A stretch of 38,060 bases of DNA from an uncultured Gammaproteobacteria bacterium. Lineage in GTDB: Bacteria > Patescibacteriota > Microgenomatia > UBA12405 > UBA6130. The translations under genes and the position numbers were made by a program. The notes under the pieces are model-generated. The model was given only the letters and a program-made list of their open reading frames with translations, searched no databases and had not been told where the DNA came from. The stretch spans positions 1 through 38,060 of the forward strand of contig CAZIOQ010000055.1 of assembly GCA_964540975.1 (NCBI GenBank), read 5' to 3'. Of this stretch, positions 24,539 to 33,846 are shown in pieces (position 1 is the first letter of the stretch; each line of letters begins with the position of its first letter).

Positions 24539-25621
24539 TGTCTAGGTCCAAACACATTCCGTACACTTCATAACTAATGAAAGGGCGTTACATACAATGG
24601 AGTGTATATGACAGCCCACAAAATACTTCCGGGGGCAAAAACTTTAGCAAGGATTCTGGATATTAGTCCAGAAGCTAAAAGGAGACTGAGGTGGCTTGAT
24701 TGGTATTTGCCCACGGAAGAAATGCTCAACTAACCTGCCGCCACTTTGGGATATCTCCTGATACTTTCTACCACTGGAAGAAAAGATTTAAACCCGGTTG
24801 TTTGGTAACCCTAGAAAGCTATTCTTCTTTACCCCATTCCTTCAGGCAATTCAGAATTCCTTTGGAAACTGTTAATCTGATTATTCAATTAAGAAGGGAG
24901 GAGATGGGTTTATCCAAATACAAGCTTTTTTTAATCCTTAAAAGAGATTATGGTGTTACTCTTTCTCCTTCCTCTATTGGTAGGATCCTTATCAAGAAAG
25001 GATTAATTAAAGAAGCCAGGATCTCCAAAAATGTTAAAAGAAGAAGGAAAATTAATTATGTTATTCCCAGGATTAGAGCCTCAAAGCAGTTAAGATATCA
25101 ATATCCAGGATTTCTAGTTCAGGTTGATACCAAACACTTAATTATCTTAGGAAGAAAATATTATCAGTTTACTGCCATAGATTTTATTCAAAATTCAGTT
25201 TCTCTTATGCCTATACTAAGGCTTCCTCTTCAACTGCTAAAGATTGTCTTTTAAGGCTTGTTAATTATTTTCCTTTCAAGATCAAAGCCATTCAAACAGA
25301 TAATGGCTCAGAATACCTCCTTTACTTTCATCAGGAATGTGTAAAAAGAGAAATCAAACACTATTTCTCTCATCCAAGAAATCCCAAAGATAATTCCCCG
25401 GTAGAAAGATTAATCCAAACCACTGATATGAATTATGGTTGTTTGATGAAACTCTAATCTTTGAACTAGACTATCTTAACCAGAAATTCTCTTTTTGGAT
25501 TGGCTGGTACAATACCTACCGGCTACACCAGTCCCTTAACTATTTAACTCCTATGGAGTATTATCAACTTAGTCAACAAAAGAAAGGAGGAAAAGTGGAC
25601 GGGATGTAGTGGACCAGAACA
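24539..25621 (+). mobile_element. IS481-like insertion sequence (~1.08 kb) with imperfect terminal inverted repeats and an inactivated transposase
   Basis: IRL is TGTCTAGGTCCAAACACATTCCGTACACTT. The reverse complement of IRR is TGTTCTGGTCCACTACATCCCGTCCACTT. The internal transposase carries a DDE/rve signature. Confidence 0.8.
24608..25609 (+). pseudogene. IS481-family transposase, frameshifted in at least three places
   Basis: MTAHKILPGAKTLARILDISPEAKRRLRWLDWY shifts frame into FAHGRNAQLTCRHFGISPDTFYHWKKRF...VQVDTKH...YQFTAIDF. Another shift leads into IQTDNGSEY...SHPRNPKDNSPVER, and a further shift into WYNTYRLHQSLNYLTPMEYY. Confidence 0.85.
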
Positions 25622-25664
25622 GGAATTTGCAATTAAAGCCAAAATTTGCTAGCCTTAAGCGGTG

Positions 25665-26762
25665 ATGAACTTGTCTAGTTTGGTTGATAGTTTCCGGCAG
25701 AATCTGGTCGAATTCTTAAGTGCTTACAAGCGATTTTTTTATCATCGGCTGACAAGAATATTTTTTGGGTTAAACAAAGTTAAACGAGTAATTTCTTGGG
25801 TTTTGTATCGCCAACGAGGGAGATTTGCCCAACCGTTAGCTCATTTTTGTTTAACAATTTTTATTTTTTTCGGCGTTTATCTTTCACCTCGGTTAGAAGC
25901 AGTTCTCACCAAAACTGAGTCGCAAATACCGAATTTATATCTTGCCTCTCCTGTTGGAGCTTTAGAAGAGATTGATCTTTATACTCCCCAAACAGTGATT
26001 AGTCCTATTAGAGGAGAGATAACAGAATATGTTGTTAAAGAAGGAGAAACCTTATCCTCAATTGCAAAAAAATTTGGCGTTTCACTAGATACTATTATTT
26101 GGGCGAACGAGATCAAATCGGCTAAAGAAATTAAAGCTGGCCAAAAACTTAAAATTCCGCCGGTAACCGGAATAGTTCATAAAGTGAAAAGAGGAGAAAC
26201 TGTTTATTCGATTGCTAAAAAATATGGTGTTGATCCGCAACAGATAGTTGATTTTCCTTTTAACACATTTGCGAATGACGAAACATTCGCCTTAAGCGTT
26301 GGTCAAGATTTAGTTGTTCCTAATGGAGTGATGCCTGAGATTAAACCACCACCAGCGCCTCAGTATGTCGCTACTGTTCCAATTCAACCTGGTGTTGCCG
26401 GCACAGGAGAATTTACTTGGCCAACTTCTGGTTATATCTCACAAAACTTTTCTTGGTATCATCAGGCAATTGATATTGCTAATAAAGATGCACCAGTGGT
26501 GGTAGCTGCTGATGGAGGTTGGATAGAGACAGTAGTGATGAGTCACTATGGTTATGGGAATCATCTGGTGATTAATCATGGTAATGGCTACAAAACCTTG
26601 TATGCTCATTTAGCCAAAGTCAATGTTCAAGTAGGTGACCGAGTTAATCGGGGAGCAACGATTGGTAGGATGGGGTCTTCTGGTCGTTCTACTGGAATTC
26701 ACCTTCATTTTGAAATTATTAAAGATGGAGTCAAGTTAAACCCCTTGTCAGTTTTAAAATAA
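25665..26762 (+). CDS. LysM-domain M23-family peptidoglycan metallopeptidase
   Basis: Two LysM repeats (YVVKEGETLSSIAKKFGV and HKVKRGETVYSIAKKYGV). M23 motifs HQAIDIA and GIHLHFEI. Confidence 0.9.
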   Translation: MNLSSLVDSFRQNLVEFLSAYKRFFYHRLTRIFFGLNKVKRVISWVLYRQRGRFAQPLAHFCLTIFIFFGVYLSPRLEAVLTKTESQIPNLYLASPVGALEEIDLYTPQTVISPIRGEITEYVVKEGETLSSIAKKFGVSLDTIIWANEIKSAKEIKAGQKLKIPPVTGIVHKVKRGETVYSIAKKYGVDPQQIVDFPFNTFANDETFALSVGQDLVVPNGVMPEIKPPPAPQYVATVPIQPGVAGTGEFTWPTSGYISQNFSWYHQAIDIANKDAPVVVAADGGWIETVVMSHYGYGNHLVINHGNGYKTLYAHLAKVNVQVGDRVNRGATIGRMGSSGRSTGIHLHFEIIKDGVKLNPLSVLK

Positions 26763-26854
26763 CAAGTTGATGATTTTTGTCTTCCGGTTAGACAGCAAAA
26801 AACTTTGACCTCTTGATGAAGTAGATAACAAGAAAATAAGAGGCCCCAAAGATG

Positions 26855-28858
26855 TTATTGGATCACTGGTGTTGGGGAAGCCTCTGGTGCAGGCGAGGGA
26901 GTAATTTCAATCTGGGGAGCGGCTTCTTCGGGTAGCTCAATTGGCTGAATCTTTGGACTGGGAATTGGTGTCGGTAAGGAAAGTTCTCGTGGTTGAGCTG
27001 AGGGGGTTGCTTTTAGTTCTTTACCAAGCTCTTCGCTCCATTTATCTAATTCATTTTTGGCTTTTTCATAATCAGGGCTTTCTTTATCAACTAAATTTAG
27101 CGCTTGTTGAAGTTTCTCGACTGCTTCTTGAGTTTTGTTTTGATTCTTCAGTGCCCAGGCCCAATTATACCAGGCATTGGCATGATCAGGTTTTAAATTA
27201 ACAGCAATTTCGAACAATTTGGCGGCATCTTCGAATCTATTGAGGCTAAAAAATATTCCTCCCAAATCTATCCTTAGATTTGGATCAAAAGGATTAAGAG
27301 CAATTGTTTGTTGGTAAGCAGAAATTGTCCACTGGTCAGCATCTTGGGCTAAGTTGATTAATTGTCTATAGGTTTGAGACAAATTTTGCCAAGCAATGAC
27401 ATTGCGTGGTTCCAAAGCAACTGCTGCTTTTGCTTCACTAATTGCTTCTTGGATTAAAATCGCAATATTTCTTTTGTCATCATCAGTGATATTTTCTTTG
27501 CGGGAAAGACTGTTGGCTAAAGCCAAATTGGTTTGCGAGCGAGAAATCCGATAATCCAAAACAAAGGGATTGCTTAAAATAGCTTTTTGTTGACTAAGAT
27601 AGACTTTATTCGCCTCGTTTTTGTTAATTGCCTTTACAGATTCAATAAACCAGTATTCAGCCACTAATGCTTTGGTTAAAAGGAAACCTAAAACAACCAC
27701 CAAAACAGCTACCAACCCGGCAATGATTTTTTTCACCCAAGCTATCTGAGGAAAGACAAAGACTTTTTGCCCTCGGGCAAGATAAGAAAGGATTAAGAAA
27801 AGAAAAAGAGTGGGAAAAACTAGAGGAGTGAACAACTGAATTAAGAAAAGTGAGACCAGGGGAGAGAATAAGGGACTTTTCTTGCTTTTAGCGGCTAAGA
27901 TTACTTTAAGATTGAAGAGCAACCAGAAAATTAAAGCGATCAAACCCAACTCGGTCCAGATCTGAAAAAACAAATTAGCAGGGCTGGTGAAAAGAATCTG
28001 CCAATTTTTTGTTTGGTTAAATTCAATTGGTCGATAAAGACTAAAACCAGTGAGGAAATTGTTTGGCCCGGTGCCTAACAAAGGCGATCTTTTTAAAGAT
28101 TCAACAGCGATTGTCCAGGAAGTATAAAAGTTTAATAACAAAGGTCTATTTTTAGCCAACTGATAAATAACAAGACCAATGCCAATGATAAAAACAAAAG
28201 CAAAAAATGCTGGCAAGGCGACTTTTTTCTCAAAAGTTAATTTTTCTTTTTTGCCTGTTTCTCTGATCAGTTTTTGGAACCAGAAGATTAATAAAGGCAA
28301 ACTAAAAAGCAGTAAGCCTAAGTTAGAGCCAATTGGCGACCAAGAGTTATTCAGAATAGTGAAGAAAGGATTGTTTGGAGGGATTCTTAAAGGAAATTTA
28401 TTCTCCGGGATTAAAAACAACAAGATAGCAATTGCGGTCAAAATAACACCGCTGAGGCTTAGGATGGTTAAAATTTTGTTCCTCTTTCGGACTAAATTGG
28501 TTTGGCTAAAAACAAAACCTAATCCAGCGATGACTAACAAGTTTGCCCAAGGATTTAATTCTAAAAGGGATCTGATTTTGATTCCTCGAGGGGCAAGGAA
28601 CCAAGAAACAGTTCCCCAAAGAATAAACAACCAAAGCCAACCTTCGTTAACAGCAATCCTAAAAACAATCTTCTTGCTCTTAAAAAGAGAAATTGCCCAA
28701 ATGAGAAATCCGGCCAAAAGGATAAGATAAAGCAAGATCTGTTTTGCTCCCAAAACAGATTGTCTTAGCCAAGGGAAAATGAAAAAAGGCAAAATAAAAA
28801 TGATAATGGCGAAAAACCAATCTAAAAGCTGAAATTGGGAAGTTTCTTTTGTTCTCAT
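26855..28858 (-). CDS. O-antigen-ligase-like (Wzy_C) polytopic membrane protein with TPR repeats and a Pro-rich tail
   Basis: Many TM helices, then SPLLGTGPNNF, then C-terminal TPR-like repeats, then PTPIPSPKIQPIELPEEAAPQIEITPSPAPEASPTP. Confidence 0.8.
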   Translation of the reverse strand: MRTKETSQFQLLDWFFAIIIFILPFFIFPWLRQSVLGAKQILLYLILLAGFLIWAISLFKSKKIVFRIAVNEGWLWLFILWGTVSWFLAPRGIKIRSLLELNPWANLLVIAGLGFVFSQTNLVRKRNKILTILSLSGVILTAIAILLFLIPENKFPLRIPPNNPFFTILNNSWSPIGSNLGLLLFSLPLLIFWFQKLIRETGKKEKLTFEKKVALPAFFAFVFIIGIGLVIYQLAKNRPLLLNFYTSWTIAVESLKRSPLLGTGPNNFLTGFSLYRPIEFNQTKNWQILFTSPANLFFQIWTELGLIALIFWLLFNLKVILAAKSKKSPLFSPLVSLFLIQLFTPLVFPTLFLFLILSYLARGQKVFVFPQIAWVKKIIAGLVAVLVVVLGFLLTKALVAEYWFIESVKAINKNEANKVYLSQQKAILSNPFVLDYRISRSQTNLALANSLSRKENITDDDKRNIAILIQEAISEAKAAVALEPRNVIAWQNLSQTYRQLINLAQDADQWTISAYQQTIALNPFDPNLRIDLGGIFFSLNRFEDAAKLFEIAVNLKPDHANAWYNWAWALKNQNKTQEAVEKLQQALNLVDKESPDYEKAKNELDKWSEELGKELKATPSAQPRELSLPTPIPSPKIQPIELPEEAAPQIEITPSPAPEASPTPVIQ

Positions 28859-28962
28859 TTTTTGTGATTAAAGGGTACTTTAAATTTTTAAGTTTGTCAA
28901 GCAATTTTAAAACTTTTAATTTTTAGCCTTTAATTATATTCTATTTATTAAGGTTTATTAAG

Positions 28963-30198
28963 GTGAAAAAAATTGCTTTCAGCTTAAAACAATTCTTTTG
29001 GTTGATTTTTTTGCTTTTGTTACCCAGCCAATTAGGCAAGCATTTTTGGCCAGCAGGGTCGTTTTTTTGGGGATTAAAAATTGATTATTTATCGCCAACA
29101 ATTTATTTAACTGATATTTTTTTAATTTTGCTTTTGGCAATCCAGATTGCTTTTGGTGGTCTACCCCGGTTTAAAATCAGATGTCGCAAAATATTTTGTG
29201 GTTTAGGGATTATTTTTATTGGCCTTAACATCTTTTTTGCCGCTAATCAGCTTTTAGCCTTTTATGGTTGGGGAAAATTTTTGGAATTATTAGCTTTGGT
29301 TTGGTTGGTAAAAAGAAATCAGAAATTGGTCAAAACTTGGATTAATCGGATTATTTTCATTTGGTTTGTTTTAGAATTGGCACTGGTTTTAGGCCAATTT
29401 TTAAATCAGGCAAGTTTAGGAGGGTTTTTTTGGTGGTTGGGAGAAAGAACCTTCAGCTTGGCTACTCCGGGCATTGCCAAATTTGATTTTTTTGGTCAGG
29501 TTTTATTACGTCCTTATGGAACATTTTCTCACCCGAATTCTTTAGCTGGTTTTGTTTTAGGAGCAATTTTTGTTGATCTAATTTTTGGTCAAAATTTGAA
29601 ATTAAAGATTGTGAATCTGATTTTAGGGTTTTTGTTGCTAATTTTCAGTTTTAGCCGAGGAGTAATTTTTGTTGGTTTATTACTAATGATTTTTTATTTA
29701 AAGGAAACGAAGTTCATTAACCGTTTTCTTGACCAATTTTTGATTTTGTTTTGGCTGGTTTCCTTTGGTTTGTTTTTAAAAACTTTCTGGCAAGAAGAAT
29801 CGTTTTTTTTCCGTTGGTTGTTGTTCTTAGCTGCTAGCAAGATGTTTGTTCTCCATCCTTTTTTTGGCGTGGGTTTAAAAAATTTCATTCTTTTGTTGCC
29901 AGATTATTGGCCTCAGGACAAGATTAACTATCTTTTATTTCAGCCAGTTCACAATATTTATCTTTTGCTCTTGGCAGAAATAGGGATTGGAGGAGTTGGC
30001 CTTTTCATTTTCTTTCTCAAGAGGAGAGGACCAAGAATAATTTTGCCGCCAAAAATGCTTTTTCCTTTATTAGTAGTTTTGCTTACCGGTCTTTTTGATC
30101 ATTATTGGCTGACATTGGAGCAAAATTTTTTGTTTTTGGGGATTATCTTAGGATTGCTTAATAATAATTCAAAACCAAAAATTTTTGGCAAAATTTAA
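28963..30198 (+). CDS. O-antigen ligase family membrane protein
   Basis: About 11 TM helices, with SFSRGVIFVGLLL and HPFFGVGLKNF typical of Wzy_C. GTG start. Confidence 0.8.
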   Translation: MKKIAFSLKQFFWLIFLLLLPSQLGKHFWPAGSFFWGLKIDYLSPTIYLTDIFLILLLAIQIAFGGLPRFKIRCRKIFCGLGIIFIGLNIFFAANQLLAFYGWGKFLELLALVWLVKRNQKLVKTWINRIIFIWFVLELALVLGQFLNQASLGGFFWWLGERTFSLATPGIAKFDFFGQVLLRPYGTFSHPNSLAGFVLGAIFVDLIFGQNLKLKIVNLILGFLLLIFSFSRGVIFVGLLLMIFYLKETKFINRFLDQFLILFWLVSFGLFLKTFWQEESFFFRWLLFLAASKMFVLHPFFGVGLKNFILLLPDYWPQDKINYLLFQPVHNIYLLLLAEIGIGGVGLFIFFLKRRGPRIILPPKMLFPLLVVLLTGLFDHYWLTLEQNFLFLGIILGLLNNNSKPKIFGKI

Positions 30199-30230
30199 AT
30201 AATTTTGAATTTTGCCTCCTGCATTTGGAA

Positions 30231-30446
30231 CTATTTTATTGGGTCCCAGCCGCCTCGGCTAAAGGGATGGCATTTGAAAATTCTTTTGCCACAGAGCCAA
30301 ATTCCCTTGAGCTTGTATTTTTCAATTGCCTGGCGGCAGTATTCTGAACAAGAGGGATAAAATCGACATTCTTTTTTACCGGGAATTAGAAAATTGATTA
30401 TTGATCGCCTGATATTTGATAAGATAGAATATAATTTGATAGTCAT
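30231..30446 (-). CDS. yidD: Membrane protein insertion efficiency factor YidD
   Basis: Contains [20 protein letters not shown]...[11 protein letters not shown]. Confidence 0.9.
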   Translation of the reverse strand: MTIKLYSILSNIRRSIINFLIPGKKECRFYPSCSEYCRQAIEKYKLKGIWLCGKRIFKCHPFSRGGWDPIK

Positions 30447-30478
30447 CTTGCGTTTTAAGATAAAATATTAGATTTGAG

Positions 30479-31321
30479 ATGATGAAAAAATTTTTTTTAA
30501 TTTTAACAAATTTGTTGATTCTTTTTCTAATTTTCAGTTGGAGAAATAATATTTTGGCTGCTTGTACTGCTCTTTATGGACCTTGTGGAGAAGGTTTTCC
30601 AGCTTGTTGTGATTTTCCTACTAATGTTTGTTACGATGCCCGCTGTCAGCCGCAATCTAGTATTACTGGCTGGACACTTTGTGGAGGCTATTATCAACCT
30701 TGTTGCCCTTTGCCTAATCCTCCTTGCGCTACTGGTCTTAATTGTGAAGGATACTGTAGGTCTGTTCCTACTCCAATAAACACACCAATACCAACAGAAA
30801 CTTCTCTTTTGATCCAGTGCAAAAAGCGGCCGCCTGCTCTTCACGTTGTATGTGATCCAATAGATTGGATTCCCTGTAAGGAAGGAGAGATGTGTTGTTC
30901 TACTCCAGAAGGTTGTAATCCATATGGAGGAGTGGCGGACTCTGCCGCTGCTTCTGGGATACCGACTCAAATCTCATCGCCTACCCCAGCTGTTACTACT
31001 GGCGCAACCGATAATTTAGGTTACGAGCCTTGTGAGGAAGGAAAAGGAGTTCAAACTGCTTTAGGTTGTATCCCTTTTGAGGCCGATGCCTTGGTCAGAT
31101 TCTTTTTTAGAAATTTAATGGGAGTTGTTGGCGGAATTGGTTTACTTTTGATGATTTATGGCTCATTTTTGGTTTTAACCTCCCAAGGCGATCAAGAAAA
31201 AGTGAAAAGAGGGCGAGAAATTATCACCACTACTGTTTCAGGAATTCTTTTTATCATTTTTTCTTTATTTTTGTTAAGATTTATAGGAATAGAGATATTA
31301 CATATTCCTGGTTTAGAATAA
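30479..31321 (+). CDS. Secreted cysteine-rich protein fused to a two-TM T4SS-pilin-like (TrbC/VirB2-type) C-terminal domain
   Basis: A signal peptide is followed by three C..C..CC..C..C modules, Pro/Thr linkers, and then GGIGLLLMIYGSFLVLTSQGDQEKVKRGREIITTTVSGILFIIFSLFLL. Confidence 0.75.
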   Translation: MMKKFFLILTNLLILFLIFSWRNNILAACTALYGPCGEGFPACCDFPTNVCYDARCQPQSSITGWTLCGGYYQPCCPLPNPPCATGLNCEGYCRSVPTPINTPIPTETSLLIQCKKRPPALHVVCDPIDWIPCKEGEMCCSTPEGCNPYGGVADSAAASGIPTQISSPTPAVTTGATDNLGYEPCEEGKGVQTALGCIPFEADALVRFFFRNLMGVVGGIGLLLMIYGSFLVLTSQGDQEKVKRGREIITTTVSGILFIIFSLFLLRFIGIEILHIPGLE

Positions 31322-31322
31322 A

Positions 31323-31637
31323 ATGACTTTTCAAATTGTTATTCCTTCTTATGAAGATATTGTTCCTCCTGGTGGCCAATTAGGCCTGAGTAAAGGGGTG
31401 ACTTTGGGAGGAATAATTACTAATCTTTTGCCTCATTTATTTATTCTTGCCGGGATTTTAATGCTTTTGATGATTTTGTGGGGAGGAATCCATTTGATGA
31501 TTGCCCAAGGCGATCCGGAGGGGATCAGAGAAGGTAAAGCAAAAGTGATGTATGGGATTATTGGTTTTTTTGTTGTTTTTGTTAGCTATTTTGTTGTTCA
31601 AATCATAGAGCAGGTTTTTAAAATTCCAATTCTTTAA
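31323..31637 (+). CDS. Two-TM T4SS-pilin-like small protein (paralogue of the preceding C-terminal domain)
   Basis: Contains LFILAGILMLLMILWGGIHLMIAQGDPEGIREGKAKVMYGIIGFFVVFVSYFVV. It starts 1 nt after the previous stop codon. Confidence 0.75.
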   Translation: MTFQIVIPSYEDIVPPGGQLGLSKGVTLGGIITNLLPHLFILAGILMLLMILWGGIHLMIAQGDPEGIREGKAKVMYGIIGFFVVFVSYFVVQIIEQVFKIPIL

Positions 31638-31760
31638 ATTCTTTCATTTTCAGGTGAGTTTTCCCACGAATCATAGTTCTAATTTCTAACTATTCGGGAT
31701 CCAATTTAATCCGGTATAAATTTAGGATGATACATATCAGATTTACTCGGTTAAATTTAA

Positions 31761-31769
31761 TGTTAAAAT
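31761..31769 (+). promoter_or_regulatory. Extended -10 TGTTAAAAT 6 nt upstream of ATG 31776 (implies a leaderless mRNA)
   Basis: Reads TGTTAAAATTAGCCAATG with no SD. Confidence 0.35.
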
Positions 31770-31775
31770 TAGCCA

Positions 31776-32681
31776 ATGAAAAAGTTTTTAATTATTGATG
31801 GTAATGCGATTCTTCATCGATCTTTCCATGCTCTTCCGTCTTTAACTGGGAAAAATGGTCCAGTGGGAGCAGTTTTTGGTTTTTTTAGTATGCTTTTGAA
31901 AGCACTGAAAGAGATTAAGGCTGATTTTTTGGTGGTTTGCTTTGATTATCCAGCGCCGACTTTTCGTCACCAACAATTTATCGGTTATCAGATAAAAAGA
32001 CCAAAAATGGATCCTGCTTTGACCAAACAAGTTGATTTGACCCAATTAATGGTTAAAAAAATTGGCATTCCGATTTTTTCTCAAAAAGGCTTCGAGGCTG
32101 ACGACTTGATTGCCACCATTAGTCAAAAGCTGAAAAAAAAGCCAATTAAAGTCATCATCTTAACTGGAGATCGCGATTTAATGCAGTTAGTTTCAAACAA
32201 GATAAATTTATTAATGCCAATTCAAGGTCTGTCTCAGACAAAAATAATTGGTCCAACAAAAGTAAAAGAATATTTGGGTTTGGCAGCCAAACAGGTAGTT
32301 GATTTTAAGGCTTTAGTTGGCGATCCTTCGGATAATTATCCTGGCATTCCTGGCATCGGCCCAAAAACAGCGGTGAAGCTTCTTGATCAATACTTCAGCC
32401 TGTCAAGAATTTATGAAAATCTAGACAAGATTGAACCTGGTTTAAGAAAGAAACTAAAAGATGGTCAAAAAGCAGCCAAACTCTCTTACCAATTGGCAAA
32501 GGTGGTCAAGAATGCCCCTTTAGAATTTAACTTAGGAAAAGCAGTTTGGAATGAGCAAAAGCTTAAAAATATGGCGGCAATCTTGCGCGAATATCATTTT
32601 CCTTCTCTTTTGAAAAGACTAGAAAAAGATTTTGAATTAAATTTGACTAATAACAAGGATCAGCAAATGTCTTTGATCTAA
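31776..32681 (+). CDS. 5'-3' exonuclease (Pol I N-terminal domain / FEN-like)
   Basis: Contains LIIDGNAILHRSFHA, FEADDLIAT, LTGDRDLMQL and H3TH GDPSDNYPGIPGIGPKTA. Confidence 0.9.
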   Translation: MKKFLIIDGNAILHRSFHALPSLTGKNGPVGAVFGFFSMLLKALKEIKADFLVVCFDYPAPTFRHQQFIGYQIKRPKMDPALTKQVDLTQLMVKKIGIPIFSQKGFEADDLIATISQKLKKKPIKVIILTGDRDLMQLVSNKINLLMPIQGLSQTKIIGPTKVKEYLGLAAKQVVDFKALVGDPSDNYPGIPGIGPKTAVKLLDQYFSLSRIYENLDKIEPGLRKKLKDGQKAAKLSYQLAKVVKNAPLEFNLGKAVWNEQKLKNMAAILREYHFPSLLKRLEKDFELNLTNNKDQQMSLI

Positions 32682-32699
32682 ACTTGAAGGGATTTTAAG

Positions 32700-33824
32700 A
32701 TGAAGAAAAAATTAAAAGTTGCCCTTGTCCACGATTATCTAATCACCTTTGGCGGGGCTGAACGAGTTTTGATTGCTCTTCACAAGATTTGGCCAAAAGC
32801 GCCGGTTTTTGTTGCTATTTGCAAGCCAAAAATGATGGGCCAATCTTGGAGAAATTTTGCTGATTGGAAGATCCAAACCTCTTGGTTTCAAAAAATCCCT
32901 TTTGCCTCAAAATTAATCTCCCCTTTAAGATTTTTGTTGCCTTTAATTTGGGAAAGTTTTGATTTTTCTGATTATGATTTGGTGATTTCCTCCTCTGCTT
33001 GGGCAATGTCTAAGGGAGTTTTAACCAAACCAGAAACACTCCATCTTTGTTATTGCCATACACCGCCACGCTTTCTTTATCAGTATCCCGAAGCAAGAAA
33101 ATTTACCCATTTTTGGCTAGTGAGATTTTATGCCTTAATTATTAATCATTTTTTAAGAATTTATGATTTTATCTCTTCGCAAAGGGTAGACGTTTTTGTT
33201 GCTAATTCAAGACAGGTGGCTTTGAGGATCAAAAAATTTTATCGAAAAAAGGCGCTGGTAGTAAACCCGCCAATTAATCTGCCCAAAACAATAAGTAATA
33301 AAAAAGGCAATTATTTTCTTTTTGTCAGTCGCTTAGTTTCCTATAAACACCCGCAGTTGGCAATTAAAGCGTGTGCTAAATTAAATTTACCATTAAAAAT
33401 AGTTGGCGACGGACCATTGGCTGGTGAGGTGAAAAAATTGGCCAAAAATTTTCAACAGATTGAGTATTTGGGAAAAGTTAGCGATCAAAAGTTAAATCAG
33501 CTTTATGAAAATTGTCGAACAGTAATTTTTCCAGCTGAAGATGAGGATTTTGGTATTGTTCCTTTAGAGGCGGCTGGTTTTGGCAAGCCAGTGATTGCTT
33601 TATACTCTGGTGGCACCAGGGAAACAGTGATCGAGGGAAAAACTGGTTTATTTTTTTTCAAGCCGACAGTTAATGCATTAGTTAAAGCCTTAAAAAAATT
33701 CCAAAAAATTGAAAATCAATTTCTGGCTCAAGAAATCAGAAAAGAAGCAGAAAAAAGATCTTTTAAGAATTTCAAAAAATTAATATTTAAGATTATTAAA
33801 CAGGAATTGTCAAAAAAGGTCTAG
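32700..33824 (+). CDS. Family 4 (GT-B) glycosyltransferase
   Basis: Contains VALVHDYLITFGGAERV and the EX7E-region EDEDFGIVPLEAAGFGKPVIA. Confidence 0.9.
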   Translation: MKKKLKVALVHDYLITFGGAERVLIALHKIWPKAPVFVAICKPKMMGQSWRNFADWKIQTSWFQKIPFASKLISPLRFLLPLIWESFDFSDYDLVISSSAWAMSKGVLTKPETLHLCYCHTPPRFLYQYPEARKFTHFWLVRFYALIINHFLRIYDFISSQRVDVFVANSRQVALRIKKFYRKKALVVNPPINLPKTISNKKGNYFLFVSRLVSYKHPQLAIKACAKLNLPLKIVGDGPLAGEVKKLAKNFQQIEYLGKVSDQKLNQLYENCRTVIFPAEDEDFGIVPLEAAGFGKPVIALYSGGTRETVIEGKTGLFFFKPTVNALVKALKKFQKIENQFLAQEIRKEAEKRSFKNFKKLIFKIIKQELSKKV

Positions 33825-33846
33825 ATATCCAGCCTGGGGCAAAACT

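Noticed and set aside
30479-31637. A type IV secretion or conjugation locus
   Set aside because: Only the pilin-like subunits are present. No VirB4/VirD4 ATPase, VirB6-like channel or relaxase gene lies within 10 kb on either side.
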